Assembly (NCBI RefSeq): GCF_000143415.4
Contig: NW_003314354.1
Coordinates: 38,575-102,574 of the forward strand
Length of the DNA: 64,000 nt
Reading direction: 5' to 3'
Source of the DNA: Selaginella moellendorffii
Taxonomy: Eukaryota; Plantae; Lycopodiophyta
The notes below the pieces were generated by a model that was not told the DNA's origin, searched no databases, and was given only the letters and a program-made list of their open reading frames with translations. Below are positions 47,300 through 60,799 of this stretch, in pieces (the first letter of the stretch is position 1; each line of letters begins with the position of its first letter). The translations under genes were made by a program, and so were the position numbers.

Positions 47300-50200
47300 G
47301 GGAGCTTGGATGGCACTATGGCAATTCTTACGGCAGCCTTGACCATAGGAATTAGCCATGAATCATACTACCATGTGAAAAGGAGCAATGTTGTCACTCC
47401 CCCATGGCAAGTCCAAGTGGTGGCACTCACCACCACTTGAGTTGCTATATAAGAGGGAGTGGCACTATGGTTCCCCCCAAGGCAGCTTAGATGGTGGCAC
47501 TTGCCACCACTCGGAGGTACAAGCCACAAGTGCCCCTCCCCCTAGATTTGCCACTCAAGCTGTTGCATGAAGGGGATGGTGTTGTGGCTCCCTCTATACT
47601 ATTTTGCTTTGCAATTATTGATTTTAGTTTTTATTTTTTCTCCTTCAGATTTATGCCTGCTCTTGCTAGAATACGTGTAAGAAGGCAATATTTATCAAGA
47701 ATATTGCTATCCATGCTACAAAGAATACGTGCATAGTGTGGGCAAGGGAACATTTTTCAAGCTTCATCAAGAAATCCTCAAGAAAGCGAATCTTGAGCAA
47801 ATAAAGACTTCTAAATGTCTGGAGATAAGTCTAAGGAGGAAAAAAAGCAACAACAAAATAAAGAAGAGGAAAATTACATTTTTGACCCTTTAGAAGTCAA
47901 GTTGTATAGAGAAGAATGGGTACAAAAGAACTAAGTGGAGCTAAAGACGGGTTTAAAGAAGGAAAAGCAAAAAGCAAGACCATGAGCATGCAAAGAAATT
48001 TTAGATACAAGCTCATTCAATTGTCCCTCAAAGTTCAAAGTGAAAGTTGTCTTAAATTTGCTACAACAGCTAAGAATTAAGAAAAAAATTCCACCTCCTC
48101 GAGTGCTTCTATACTACATAATCTCAAATTCAATGGTGTGACATTATGGACTAGCTTAGATTTTTCATTCAATACCAAGTCTTTGTGCAAATAGAGAAGT
48201 TTATTCTAGTAAAGAATTTAGTGCTCTTGAACAAGAAAAGAGCTTTTTCAAATAAGACATGGCAGCAGCTTAACATGGAATTCAAGGCCACTTTGAAGAA
48301 TGAGATTTATACCAAATGGAAAGAGGTTTTTTTCAATCGAATGCTACTTGTGTAGGAGGGAATTCACTAACTCGAGGCATAGTTATTATGGATAAATTTG
48401 AACTATCTAAATCTAATTGACTAAAAGATTTCAAGATATTATGTTATGGCGGATGTTGCAATGATAGAGTTCTAGAACAAAGATCATATAGCACTCCTTA
48501 TGACTTTAACTTTAGTGAATAGGTATACTCATTTTTTCTCTAAATTCTTTATTGATATAATTTTTCTTATGTAGACAACATGAAGATTTAGTAGTCAACC
48601 CCATCATTGAAAAGGTTCGAATGGAGTTTCTGGATGAAGTTCTTGAGTTTATTTCTTTGGTGCATACTTGGCTCTTTCACACATGATTATGGCTATGTGA
48701 AATATTTTTCAAGCAGATGCTAGCAAGATTATAGATGAACTGACGAGGAAAAAGTCCAACTGAACATAATAATAACCAAAGAAAATTGGTCCAAGAAGTA
48801 TAATGGCTATACTAAATTCACTTAATATATCTGAATGCACATCCTATTTGAGGTACTTAAATTTGCAAAAGTACTTATTTAGAGTTTTTTCTTGCTTCTC
48901 TAGTATGACATCAATAAAGACTTGGAGAGATTGAGAAAGAAGAAACTTGATGTTGATGCTACTGCTAAAGAGGAGTACAAAATCAAGCAAAAACATATAA
49001 CAAAGATGATAAAATTAATCAATATCTCACATCTGGATCTTGGGAAGAATGGTTTGATATTATGAACTTCAATGCAAAGGATCCATAGTATAAATAGTGC
49101 ACACTCAAAAAGCTAAACATGATAACTTTGACGCAAATTCCAAATTCGTATAAGGTAGTAGCATTCAAGGAGTTAAGAGTAGCTAGTGGATTGCTTAAAG
49201 TTGTCCACTCTTCAATTTCAACTATTGATGAGTTGTTCTAAGTTTGGTGGAGAAAAAAGGTGATGAAAATCAAGGTGGTAGATAAAATGATTAGGTATAT
49301 TGAGGAGGTGGGTGAAAAACTCTTCTCTAGATTAAATTGATCAAAATATAAACTAGTATTAAAGTATTATAACAAGTGCAAGCTCAAGTTTGGCATTCTA
49401 CAAATTTGGCTAAAACTTCTAATAGTGTCTAGTAAACTGAAATCGAAAAGGATGATGATGAAGACCAAGGGGACAAGATAAATGATGCAGTAATACAGAA
49501 AGTTGGCCATCATCTTGCATATAAGTAACACTTTTATCACTTTGTACTTTTTAAGTTTTAATTCTATTTATTTTTCAAATACTTCAAATTTGTATGGAAA
49601 GTGATTCCAACTATTATTAAGCCATAGTTGTCCCCTACCTCTCCTACCTACATGTATAGGGATGAGAAGTTGCCTAAATGTATTGGAGTCATAAATTACT
49701 ATTAAATCTTAGCATTGCTGTGATGCCACAAGTGGAGTAAAAAATGTGGAACTCACATACAAAAGACTAATTTAAGGAGAAATAACTCATGACCATCAAG
49801 GAGAAATTTTTGATAGAATTTGACGATATTGACAAACCCGCTGAAGTGAAGACACAACTGGAAAAAAAAGAAGAGAAGGTGTGGTACTCAAAAAGCTCCA
49901 AAGGTGTTTATTACATTTAGTAAGCCCACAAAATTTCTTTATTTATTTTGTATTTAACTATGTTTTCCAACTAATCATGAGATGAAAGAGGTCCAAATTT
50001 TAGAAAAGAAAGAAATCTTTCTCACAAACTTTGATTCAGATAAGATGCCAAAAGCACTTAGCCATGTTATTATCTAGCATGGAGTTATAGAAGACTTGAT
50101 TCTTCAAGAGGGCTACAAAATATATATAAGAAATAAACTGATAAGGATTTTGATGACAATTTTGAGACTGGTGAAGATGAAAAAGCTCCATATACCAAGG

Positions 50201-52210
50201 CTTTTAAGCAGCATAAGTTAATTCTTTAGGAGCTGAAGTAGTTTATATATTGCCACTCTCAAAGTTCCTTTATTGGTAAACCTTCACATCAAGTAAGTAA
50301 TAATAGTTTTAGTGCTCACTTATTAAATAATTTTTTAGACTTGGTTATCCCTGACTTCCCTTCGAGGGGGGGGGGGGGGGGGGGGCCTAATGAAAAAAAA
50401 TGACAATGGTGATTCAATTCAATTTTATTTCGGTGTTAGTTTTGGAAATGAATTTTGTGAAACTTTCAGCTAGTATTTAGCTTTTACGATGACATCATAG
50501 ACAGTTGAGATTGTAAAGGTGTTTTCTCAATCTCACTTTGTCTTAATTGAAGACTATATACTAGAGTCATAAATAGGTTAAGGTTTCAGAGGCAAGAAGT
50601 AGGTATTTTTAAAGTTCTTGTGTTTCTGATTAGTAATTGATTTTGTAATAAAGATCAAAGCTATTTCAATGCTACTGTTCCATAAAATAATAGAAGTAAG
50701 GGAAAAAATGGCTTTGCTTTTGAACCTTTTGTCAAATCTCCTCTACCATGAACTAGCTAACACTACTATGGATGAGCTTGATAAGTCCTTCTTTTTAAAC
50801 AAGAAAATAACCTAATATTTTCTATAAGCAGCTTAAGTCAAAAACTTTAGCAAACATGGTTATGAGATGCCTTTGTCATGAGGGTGGTTGTATCCTTCTT
50901 TTTCAGTGACATAGGGGTTTTTTTGGTTGCTACTTGACACAATGGTCGCAATGACTTTGGACTAGATTGTGATCCTAGCAGTGTGCAATGGTTTCAGAGC
51001 ATTATTATGAAGAAAGGTCTTGATGATATGCCACTCCATGTGAAGATTATAACTGAGTTTATGAAGAGGCATCCATAGCATTCTAACATGCACGTTAAAG
51101 AAAAGTCAACTTTCATGTCAAACCTCATTAATGATCATACAAAAGAGAAGAAGAGAGAAAAACAAAAAGGTGAAAGAGAAGAAGAAAGCAACTTAGTTCT
51201 TCTATATGTATCGATTGTGTATGGCTTTGAGATATAATTTATTGTAGTTATAATAATATATCTGATATTATATAATAGTTTATAGTTACAATATAAAGTA
51301 TAGTTGTAGTAATTACATGATTTAATATATAGTTATAATGAATAAATATTTTCGAATATTAAATTATTACAGAAGAATGTTCTTAGTATATTGGAAAATA
51401 ACAATAAAAATTAGTAGTATTCTTCAAAGTGTTCTTGAAGCTATTATAAAAAAAATTCTTTAGCCAAAGACAAGATTGATGTGTTTCCTTTATTTTAGAT
51501 TAATTTTGATTAATTAACACTTCCTTTCGCTTGATCAAACATGAGAGTGTTGTCAAAACAATCTTTCTCCCTCTCCATCCTCATCCTATCCAAACCAAAA
51601 ACACAGGATCACTCTCTCTCTGCTCCTTCCCAAGGTGACAATTTTGATGAGCCTGACTGGGCAGTAAAGTGCTCCACTCACTAAAATCTCTTCTTTCTTC
51701 TTACCTCGCATCAACAAACTGTGATCCCCACCTATGGCAAAAGAGCAAGAGCAGGCATACCTCAGAAGAAATCTAGAGGTCAAGCCATGACACACCTTGT
51801 CTGCCCTAAAATGACAAATGCAGCGTCAAATCGCAGTGCCTCATGACAACGCTCCATCACCTACCTCGACTCCCACAACGCCCTCTCAATACCTCAGCCT
51901 AGCCCAGCAAGCAGCATCTCTCTTAGCGCCCAGCCTAGCCCAGGAAGGAGCATCTCACCCAGCCCCTAGCAATCTCAGCCTAGCAGAGCATCCAGTGAGG
52001 AAGATTGAAGTTAATTCCCTTGAGATGTGATGAGGTTCGAAGCATGAACTATTTTATAATCTAAATTAATTAATAATAAACATTTGATTCACTAGGGATA
52101 TTCATATTCAAAGATCATTGAAAGAATATCATAAACCATATGATTATGATTTATAGTGCTTACCATGATTGCATTGTGGTGTTTGTCGCCTATGTTGTCC
52201 ACATAGTCCC

Positions 52211-53080
52211 TCAGCAGATGGATTTTCTGCAAATCATCATCAGGCAAATCAAAATGCACCTTATACTGGCAAATGTTTGGATTGGTTTTGGTGATGCACT
52301 TTCGACCTTAGGTGTTTTCTTCCAATCGCTTCCTGGTACGATGATGTAAAGTCCCCTGACGTCAATCCCTAATTGAGCTGCCAAAGATTTCAGCGCATGC
52401 CATGATACAACCTGATCCATGTTGCAAACGCGCACCTGGAGAAGGTACCTGCGCTTGGTGCTGAAGTTCACGTACAAACTGTTGATGGCAGCCTCCGATT
52501 TCGTCCTGGACCAGAAGTAGGCTGCATGGCCATGGCTGACGCACATCTCAAGCTTCTCCTGCAGCTCTGCAATGTTGCAATAAAGGATTACATGCAGCCC
52601 GTCCGTTTTGCCCGCCTCCAGCAGCTCACTCGCACTGCCTTCATCTGACACATGCTTATCACAGCATGATATGCGTTTGAAGCCAACGAAATGCTTCGGA
52701 AAGGTCAAGTGCATGAGTAGCTCCACCAAAGTAGCCCGGAAATCTGTTAATATCCGCTTACCCCGCTGCTTCACCACCTCTGTCCAGTGTTGTTTCGCAA
52801 GCCACAGCAGCAGCTGCTCCTTGGCAAACTTCGAAGCGATCTTTGTGGAGCATTTCCAGGACACGTTGCCATTCCTGTCCAAGTGAACAAGCATCGGGAG
52901 CCCCTGTTTGCTGTCCAAATCGTGCCAGGGTATCCTCAAAAGCAGCAATAGCATATCTTGACTTTGCCTCAGCTTGCTCCTCACATCACGCTCGATGGTC
53001 TTGAAAATCTCTAGCGGACAGCTATATGATATTGACTTAATCTCTCCATCAAAAAGTTTATTTGAAATCAGCAAACCCAA
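52211..53080 (-). CDS. Crinkler/RHS-type restriction-endonuclease-fold domain protein (probably catalytically degenerate; start uncertain)
   Basis: GC-rich 289-codon ORF. YFWSRTKSEAAINSL..YLLQVRV..ALKSL..LYIIVP resembles the P..N...ID...QxT...H...L.FVVP pattern of CRN C-terminal nucleases. Confidence 0.45.
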   Translation of the reverse strand: MGLLISNKLFDGEIKSISYSCPLEIFKTIERDVRSKLRQSQDMLLLLLRIPWHDLDSKQGLPMLVHLDRNGNVSWKCSTKIASKFAKEQLLLWLAKQHWTEVVKQRGKRILTDFRATLVELLMHLTFPKHFVGFKRISCCDKHVSDEGSASELLEAGKTDGLHVILYCNIAELQEKLEMCVSHGHAAYFWSRTKSEAAINSLYVNFSTKRRYLLQVRVCNMDQVVSWHALKSLAAQLGIDVRGLYIIVPGSDWKKTPKVESASPKPIQTFASIRCILICLMMICRKSIC

Positions 53081-53904
53081 AGTTTGAAATATATGTTATA
53101 TGTAATTAAGTATTATTGAAGGACTAGCTATTTCCCAGCATATGCTGCCCAATTAGCAAACACTGTTTTGATTGTTATAATTTTTTTACATTGAAAACTT
53201 AATTAGAATAATATCAATATTATATTCCACTTTGAAAGATGAATTAAAGAAGTATGTATTTCCCCAGAAAAACTATTAAAGTCCTTAGAGGGAATTATAA
53301 AATCTCATGAGTCTCCACTGTAAAAGGTTGAGTGTTAATGCCAGTCAGCAATGCATCATCAAGTACATGCATTCATCATAATGCCTTCTTTGCTCAACTG
53401 ATGTAATCTAAATCTTGCTGCTCAATCTTTTTCCTGCATTGATCAAATACTTGTTTTGCTTGCTTTTATGAGGACAAAAGTTTGTCTTTGGTTTGATCTG
53501 GTTTGTTCCCTCAGGCTTGCCAATGTGGCTCTAATCATTCTGGTGGTAAACTACTTCAAGACTAAGCGGTGTTTAACAAGCAGCCACTAGGCGACTGCCT
53601 CTCTCACACTACACACCTTTGCTCATCTATTGGTGACTCACATAGAAACTCCTTCCAACATCCAACACCTTCAACATGAACCAGGCAAATATATGTCCCT
53701 CTGATCAAGCAGCCCAAGAAGAAACTAGAGAATCTGATGCCCTAGTTCATCAATCTCTCCTCCTTTTGGATCAAATCTCTAACAAAGTTTACTCTTTATA
53801 GGAGAAGCATTGTAGTAAGGACTAGGTGAATTGTTGTGTCAGCATCATGTTTGGTAAGTACGCTGGAGAAGATCATCCATGTTTGGCAAGGTGAGAAGGA
53901 TTTT

Positions 53905-56900
53905 TGAAATGAACAAGAGAGTGAACCCTAGGCCAACCTCCCAACCCTTAAGGCGTCACAACCTTAAATCCCACAGACCATGGAATATTCTGAAAATATT
54001 TTTGTGGTTTGTGTCATTCTCCCCTCCCTCATGACCCAGAGCCTCGAGAAGCTAAACAAGCTTCATATGAAGGGAGTCCAAGGCAATACACCATGGAGAA
54101 AAGATGTGTAAACACCATGACAAACGACCACGAAAGAAAGAAAGCAACTTTCTCGCATGACAATATGGTCATGGAAACAAGAATAAGAATAGAACAAATG
54201 GCTAAAATCATATAACAATACAGCTATAGAACTCAATTCTCCCCTTCCTTAGGAATGTAATCCAAGTTATAACTAAAACACAGAAACACTCTCTTCACGT
54301 CATCTTTAGTTTCCTATGTAGCTTCATCTATATTCCACTAAATTAACAACTCTCTAATCTTCTTCCAGCATGTTTTCACCAATCTTTGAGCAAGAATATT
54401 GGTTAGATTAGCCTTTTCGGCATCAATTTCTAAGACTTGGATGATAGACTGATTCATGACAGCACTAGAGTGTAAACACGCTTTAAGCTTGCTCACATGG
54501 AATGTTGGATGAATCTTCAAACTATTTAGCAAGTCCAAAGTGTATGCAAAATCCCCCATATGCTATAAAATTGTCCAAAGCCCACAATACCATGGAGACA
54601 ACTTAGCACTACTACCTTCTTTCAGAGACCATTGTGCATTCGACAGCTTAAGGAAAACTTTGTCATTATGTTCAACTTTGCCAACTCAAGCTTATCTTGC
54701 ATATCCTCCAAGAAATCACAAGTATGAGGTACCTGAACCAAAGCCAAATTCAAACTCACAAGAAACCTAGACTTATAGCCATACATCGCTATAAAGGGAG
54801 ACATGCCAATTGCTGATTCATGAGCATTATTGTGAGCAAATTGAAGCAAAGGCAAATACTTCTGTCATACTCCTTGTCAAGTCAAATTTTCTATAAAAGA
54901 CTTTAGCATATCTTCTAATAGTTGATTCATGCACTCTGTCTATCCATATGATTGTGGATGCTCACCACTACTCATGCTCAGCTTAGTCTCTAGCCTTTCA
55001 AAGACCATTTGCCAAAACTTAGATGTGAACTTGGGATCCCAATCACTCATAATGTCACTCGGCAAACCATAGAGAGTGAATAATCAATCTACAAACAACT
55101 AAGCAAGTTCAGAAGCTTCTATCGCTGTCTTCATGAGGAAGAAGTGAGCCATCTTCGTCAAACAATTTATAACAACCTAAATAGCATTATTTCCTCGAAA
55201 GGTCTTGGGCAAACCAGTGATAAAGTCTATCAAGATGTTATCCCACTTATTTTTGGGTACGTGTAAAGGATGATAGAGGCTAGTGAGCTTCTAATGATTA
55301 ACTTTGACCACTTGGTAGATCAAAAAACCACATACTTCTCAATATCTAACTTCATTCCAGGCTAAAAGAAATTCTTCTTCACTAACATATACGTTTTCAA
55401 TACACCCGGATGCCCAGCACTTGGCACATTATAACAATCAACTAAAATCCGTTTGATAAGTTTGTCAACATGAAGAACCACTACACATCCCTTCTTCACT
55501 AGGATTCCATCTTATATCTCAAATGACACAAACTTGTCACCCTTCAAATCTGTAGAGGTGTCCCTCAACAAAACCTTCGCACAAATATTAGTGATAAAGG
55601 AGTCGAAGTTAACAAATTCCTTAAACTCATCCAAGAGATCATTGAATAGCTTCACAAACGAGATAGAGTTCACCATCTTAGATAATGCATTAGCCATTTT
55701 ATTGTCACATCCATGCTTGTACTAGATCTTAACAAATATTTCCTTCAAGAACTCTTGCCAATGAGCAAGGCAACCTCAAAGATCCTTTTGTCAACTAAAA
55801 TATTGAAGAGATTGATGGTTTGAATCCACATGGAATTCCAATCCATACAAATAATGTTGCCATTCCTTCATAGTAGCAATCATAGCATATAACTCCTTGT
55901 CTTGAGTAGGCTAATTCCTCTATGTGGCATCAAATTTATGGCTCATATACACAAGAGGATGCCCAACTTGAAGCAATACGGCTCCAATAGCAATAGCACT
56001 TGCATCTATCTTGACCACAAGAGGCTTTTTAGGATAAAAAATCTTCAACATTTGAACAGAGATACAACACTATTTTAAATGTTGAAATGCCACTTCACAC
56101 TTCTCATCCCAACCATAAATAAAGCATGTTTCGACATGTTCTAAAGAAGATCAATCAAAGGGGCTGCTATCCCTAAAAATTCCTTCACAAATCGTTGAAA
56201 AACTCTAGCCATACTAAAGAAACTATGGAAATCATGCACTATTGAAAGTATAGGCCAATCAACCACGACCTGAATCTTTGCAGGATCAACTCTCATTCCA
56301 TGTACTGAAATCAAATGCCCGAGATATCCAATCTCCTCTAAAAAAAACTCACACTTTGATAACTTTGAGTAAAGTTTATTATCCCTCAAAAATTGTAAAA
56401 GACTTTGCACATGCATCTCATGTTCCTCCATTGAAGAGTTGAATATCAGGATATCATTAAAATAATCAAATACAAACTTTCTCAAATAAGGTTGTAGAAC
56501 TGATTCATTAATCTTTGAAAAGTTGCAGAAGCATTTGTCAAACCAAATAGCATCACCAAAAACTTGTAGTGACCTGTCCTTATCCGAAATATAGTTTTTG
56601 GAACATTCTCTGGCTTAACATAAATTTGATGATACCCTTGCTTCAAATCAATCTTAAAAAAATATCAAGCACCACGAAGACGATCGAGCAAATCATTGAT
56701 ACGAGGGATTGGGAACATATTCTTTACCTTCTTATCATTCAATCCTTTATATTTTACATAAATATGCCATGTGCCATCTTTCGTTTTGACCATCACCACT
56801 GGAATAGCCTAAAGAGACTTATTGATCTGTAACCACCCTTTCTGAAGGTATTTAGCAAGTTATCTATTAATCTCCTCATCTTCAATAGGACTAATATGAG

Positions 56901-58798
56901 TCGGTTGTCACTAATAAGAAGTAGCTCTAGGAACCAAGTCAATCTCATGCTAAATTTCATCTTTGGGAGGTAAACCATTAGGCAACTCATCCAGAAATAC
57001 GTTATAGAACTCCTCCTGAATGGAATCCACCCAACCCCTATGCCCACAAACGTACTTCAAATCAGATATAATCATATTAGAAAGAAATGTACACCACAAA
57101 AGAACTAGCTATCTCATGTGTGCATGTCACCAACTCCAAAGCATTAATCAATGGAGTATCACCATTGTCTATCTTGACAATCTCTTTCACAGTGCCCCCA
57201 ACTTTGATACATAGAACATTATGCTCCCAATCGATTCTTAGCTTCCTATTATAAAACTATTCCTTCCCAAGAATAATGTCTGTGCAACCAAAATCTATAA
57301 CCTGGAACAAAAGATGGTTGAAAATCCCCTAAACTGTCAAAGAAACACTCAAAGCCCATTCATTGTAAACACAAGTGTTACATCCATTTGCCATAACCAC
57401 CTTGTAGATTATTGAACTCTTTTCCACAAGCAAACTAAGTTTCTTCACCACTTTGGAACTCAAAAAGTTGCGAATAACACCTGGATCAAAAAGAATACTA
57501 ACAACACTACTCTGAATGTCCCCTTTGGCCTTCACAAGTTGATTGTGCATTAATCTCTACAGAGTTGATATGAACTTGAGACTTAAATTCTTGAACTTTT
57601 GCCATATGGTGTGGAAGAGCCACTACAGCAGATGCCTGAGTTGTATCCACAATGGATTCCACTATATTCACCTTAGCATTTTTTTATCCCTTCACAAGAG
57701 GACAATTCTTGCCGTGATATCTAGCCTTGTGACAACGAAAATAATTTCCTTCCACTTTGTCCTTCTCTTACTAGTCCAAACAATGTCTTTTAGCCTTATT
57801 ACCATTTCCACTCTTCGAGCCACAATGGAACAATGGCTACTTTTCCCTGAAAATGAAGTATTGGTGGGTTGGTCATCATGTTGACCACCACATAGACCAT
57901 CCCATTAACCATAGTTGACTAAGTTGACTGACGGTTTGAGCAAAAAGATCAAGCCTTAGTGATAGCATCAGTCAATGTTGTTAGAAAATTCTTCTTGACC
58001 TTTTGCTGCACATCCACTAAGCTCAATCTTTTGATGAAACATTACACCTTTAGCAACTCATTATAAATGCCCGTAAGACTAAAGCAAAGATCACAAAACT
58101 TACATGCAAACGCATCTAAAGACAAAATCCCTTGCCAAATCTCTAACAATTGGTTCATGAGATCAATCTCTTCAAACTTCTTGACAAATGAAGCAGAAAG
58201 CCTTCATCAAATCATTCTAAGAAGTTAGCTTTGGATTAGCTTTGATGTAGTTCTTCTATCATAAAGAAGTATGGACCATAAACTTTGTTATAAAAAAATC
58301 AATCTTCACTTTATCCTCATAAAGATTGTGAGATTAACAACTTTTCCATAATTCCAACCAAGAATTAACCTCCTGGGTATCACAAACATCTAATGATGAC
58401 TTTCATTCCATGATATTATAATTCTTAGCATGCTTGACATACCAATGGTAATCATGGACATGAGATTGATTCAACCCTTAAGGGTCTATACAAAGCTAAA
58501 GTCTTTAATGAGATTGATAGAATCTTTAACCTCTTTATGTTGCTTTAAACCTCATAAATTTAATGTCCTTGCCACACAATGACATCATCAAGAGTCTCTT
58601 CTTCATTGTTATAACCATCATCACTAACACCATACTCCTTATTAAGATCAATATCTTACTCACCCACCATCCTTAAAAGAATGTGTTGTTTCGATACTAA
58701 TGAAACAAACAAGAGAATGAACCTTAGGCCAACCTTAATGCATTATAGCCTTAAATCCCACAATCTATAGAATATTCTTGGATGTGATATGTGTTACA
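53905..58798 (-). mobile_element. Degraded chromovirus-type Ty3/Gypsy element with ~100-110 bp LTRs
   Basis: LTRs at 53905-54016 and 58701-58798; PPT rc ttctcccctccc at 54017. Protease LFDPG, RT YFNDILI..SKCEF..YLGH, integrase LQFAHNN..SPF, HPTFHVSKLK and a chromodomain-like tail. Confidence 0.85.
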
Positions 58799-59204
58799 AT
58801 GCCTTCAAGCAATTAGCCACCTCCCATTGGCTAAGAGCCAACATCAACACAATTATTTGCTACCCTTAAAAAATTACCCCCCAAATCAGATGGATGGATC
58901 TGACAGCCTAGAAAGTTTGGCAACTCCTTTTATTATTATACATTAGTGTTGGATATTAAGGTATAGTTAGTTTAATTGCTGCAAAGTATTAAGTGGTGAT
59001 TCACAAATGCTTTTTACTAGCTTTGTTATGGCATAAATTAGGAATTTGCCAGCAATTAGCAAATCATCTCCTTAACCCATGCATTCTACTCTGAAATCTT
59101 CAATCACCCCAAACAAGCAAGCCTGCAAACCTGCATGAAATATGGAAATATGGTGGCCGAAAGGTCCCCAAGATCAAGCGGGTTCCAAGAACAGCATCCA
59201 TTTT

Positions 59205-60676
59205 CTACTCAACAGCAACCGCTGGCCTGTCTTCGTCATCCACCTCCAGCTTAACATACTCTCGGTTTACTCGAGCAGCGTCCCTGTCCACCGGGTATTT
59301 GACGTAGAGCGCCGAGATGATCGCGATGCACGCCACAAATGGCACGGCAATGCAAAGAAACAGTCCCCGTGCCATTGCTCGTGCGTTTGCCCCGCCACCA
59401 CCATCCGGCTTGCTACTAAAACCGAAAACTTCCGAGAGTATTCCCACCAGAGGAGAGCCGACGGCCGCTACGGACTTCTCCAGGGCCATGTCCAGCGCGT
59501 ACACAGTCGTGCGGAGCTCCGCCGGTACAATCTCCGAGAAGATGGGCCAGTTCGTCGCGGGAGAGTTCCAAGACATGAGGAAGCCCATGGCGTAGAGGAC
59601 CAAGCCGTAAGCCCAGGCAAAAGATGGCCGGCTTGGAAGCCCAAGCAGGAGCAGTGCCGAGAGAGGAATCCCGACCCCGGCGCTAAACTGCGAGCAAGCG
59701 ATCCGGCCAGCGTTTGGAAACTTCGCTGCTGCAACGTCGCCAACCCATCCCCCGAAGACCGATCCAAATGCGTTGCCGATGGAGAGGAGTGCCACGCACA
59801 GAGCCGCCCTGGCATGCCCGAATCCCAGGAGCTCCAGCCAGAGCGTGAAGAAAACCATGGCGTTCCATGGCGTCTGACCGACCACCCCTTGTGCCACGAT
59901 GACTTGGAAAGTCCTCAAGCTCAGCACGGAACGCGTGCCTCGGATCATCTCTTTCGTTTTCTCGCTGACAGACCTGCGAAGATCATTGTCACCCATTGAG
60001 CAAGAACTTCAAGCAGCAACAACGATAAAAGAAACTTACGTGCAATTGCCCGACGATCTAGGCGGGGTTGGATCTTTGACGATGGCATAGACAATGATCC
60101 CGAGGAGCACGCTAAGTAGAGCGACGATGAAGAACGCCACCCTCCAGCCAGGAACTCCAGAGAAAACATTCGTGCCTGCGAGGAGTGTAGCAAAAACTCC
60201 TCCAAAGACTGTTCCCAGCTGGCCGGACGCGTGTAGCCAGCCAAAAGCCAGCCCTCTACTCTCCTCCTTGTGGCTATCGGCCACTAAAGACTGGATCGCT
60301 GGAACAACCACGGCAAGACCAATGCCATTCACTGCCCTGGCGATCACGGCCTATGGAAATTTTATCCTTCCAAAGCTTTCAGATTTCTTCTTACCTGCCA
60401 GTAGCTCCTGGAAATTCCCACTCCCGCCGTCGCCGCGCCCCACACCAGCGCGCCCAGGCCGACGATGTGCGCGCGATTGTAGGTCATGGCGAGATAGGCG
60501 GCGAGAGGCGACGCCAGGGCCTGGACGAGCGCGCGGACGAAGGTGAGCCATCCCAGGGCCGAGGGACCGATCCCAAAGCCTGCCGCGATCTCGGAGTACA
60601 CAGCCGGAACGAGCGCCTCGTCCGCTCGCTCCATCATCGCAGCGGCGTTGAGCGCCAAAGACATCCGCCAGTCCAT
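59205..60676 (-). CDS. Major facilitator superfamily (spinster-like, MFS_1) transporter, 453 aa, exons 60676-60395, 60350-60040, 59973-59205
   Basis: GT-AG introns of 44 and 66 bp give a 1362-nt uninterrupted frame. MFS motifs MERADEALVPAVY, RAVNGIGL..P..QSLVAD..RGLAFG, GWRVAF and multiple transmembrane segments. Confidence 0.93.
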
Positions 60677-60799
60677 AGTTTCCCGCTTATACCCTAAAAT
60701 TGTTTGAAGGTTTAGAAATGCGACGGATTCGTGACAATTGCTGCAGCTGTTCATTGTCCAATCTCGTTAGCATCTGTGTCCCTTTTGTGGTTGTGGCCT

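Noticed and set aside
50365-50385. Poly-G tract
   Set aside because: An isolated homopolymer with no supporting context; its length may be a sequencing artefact.
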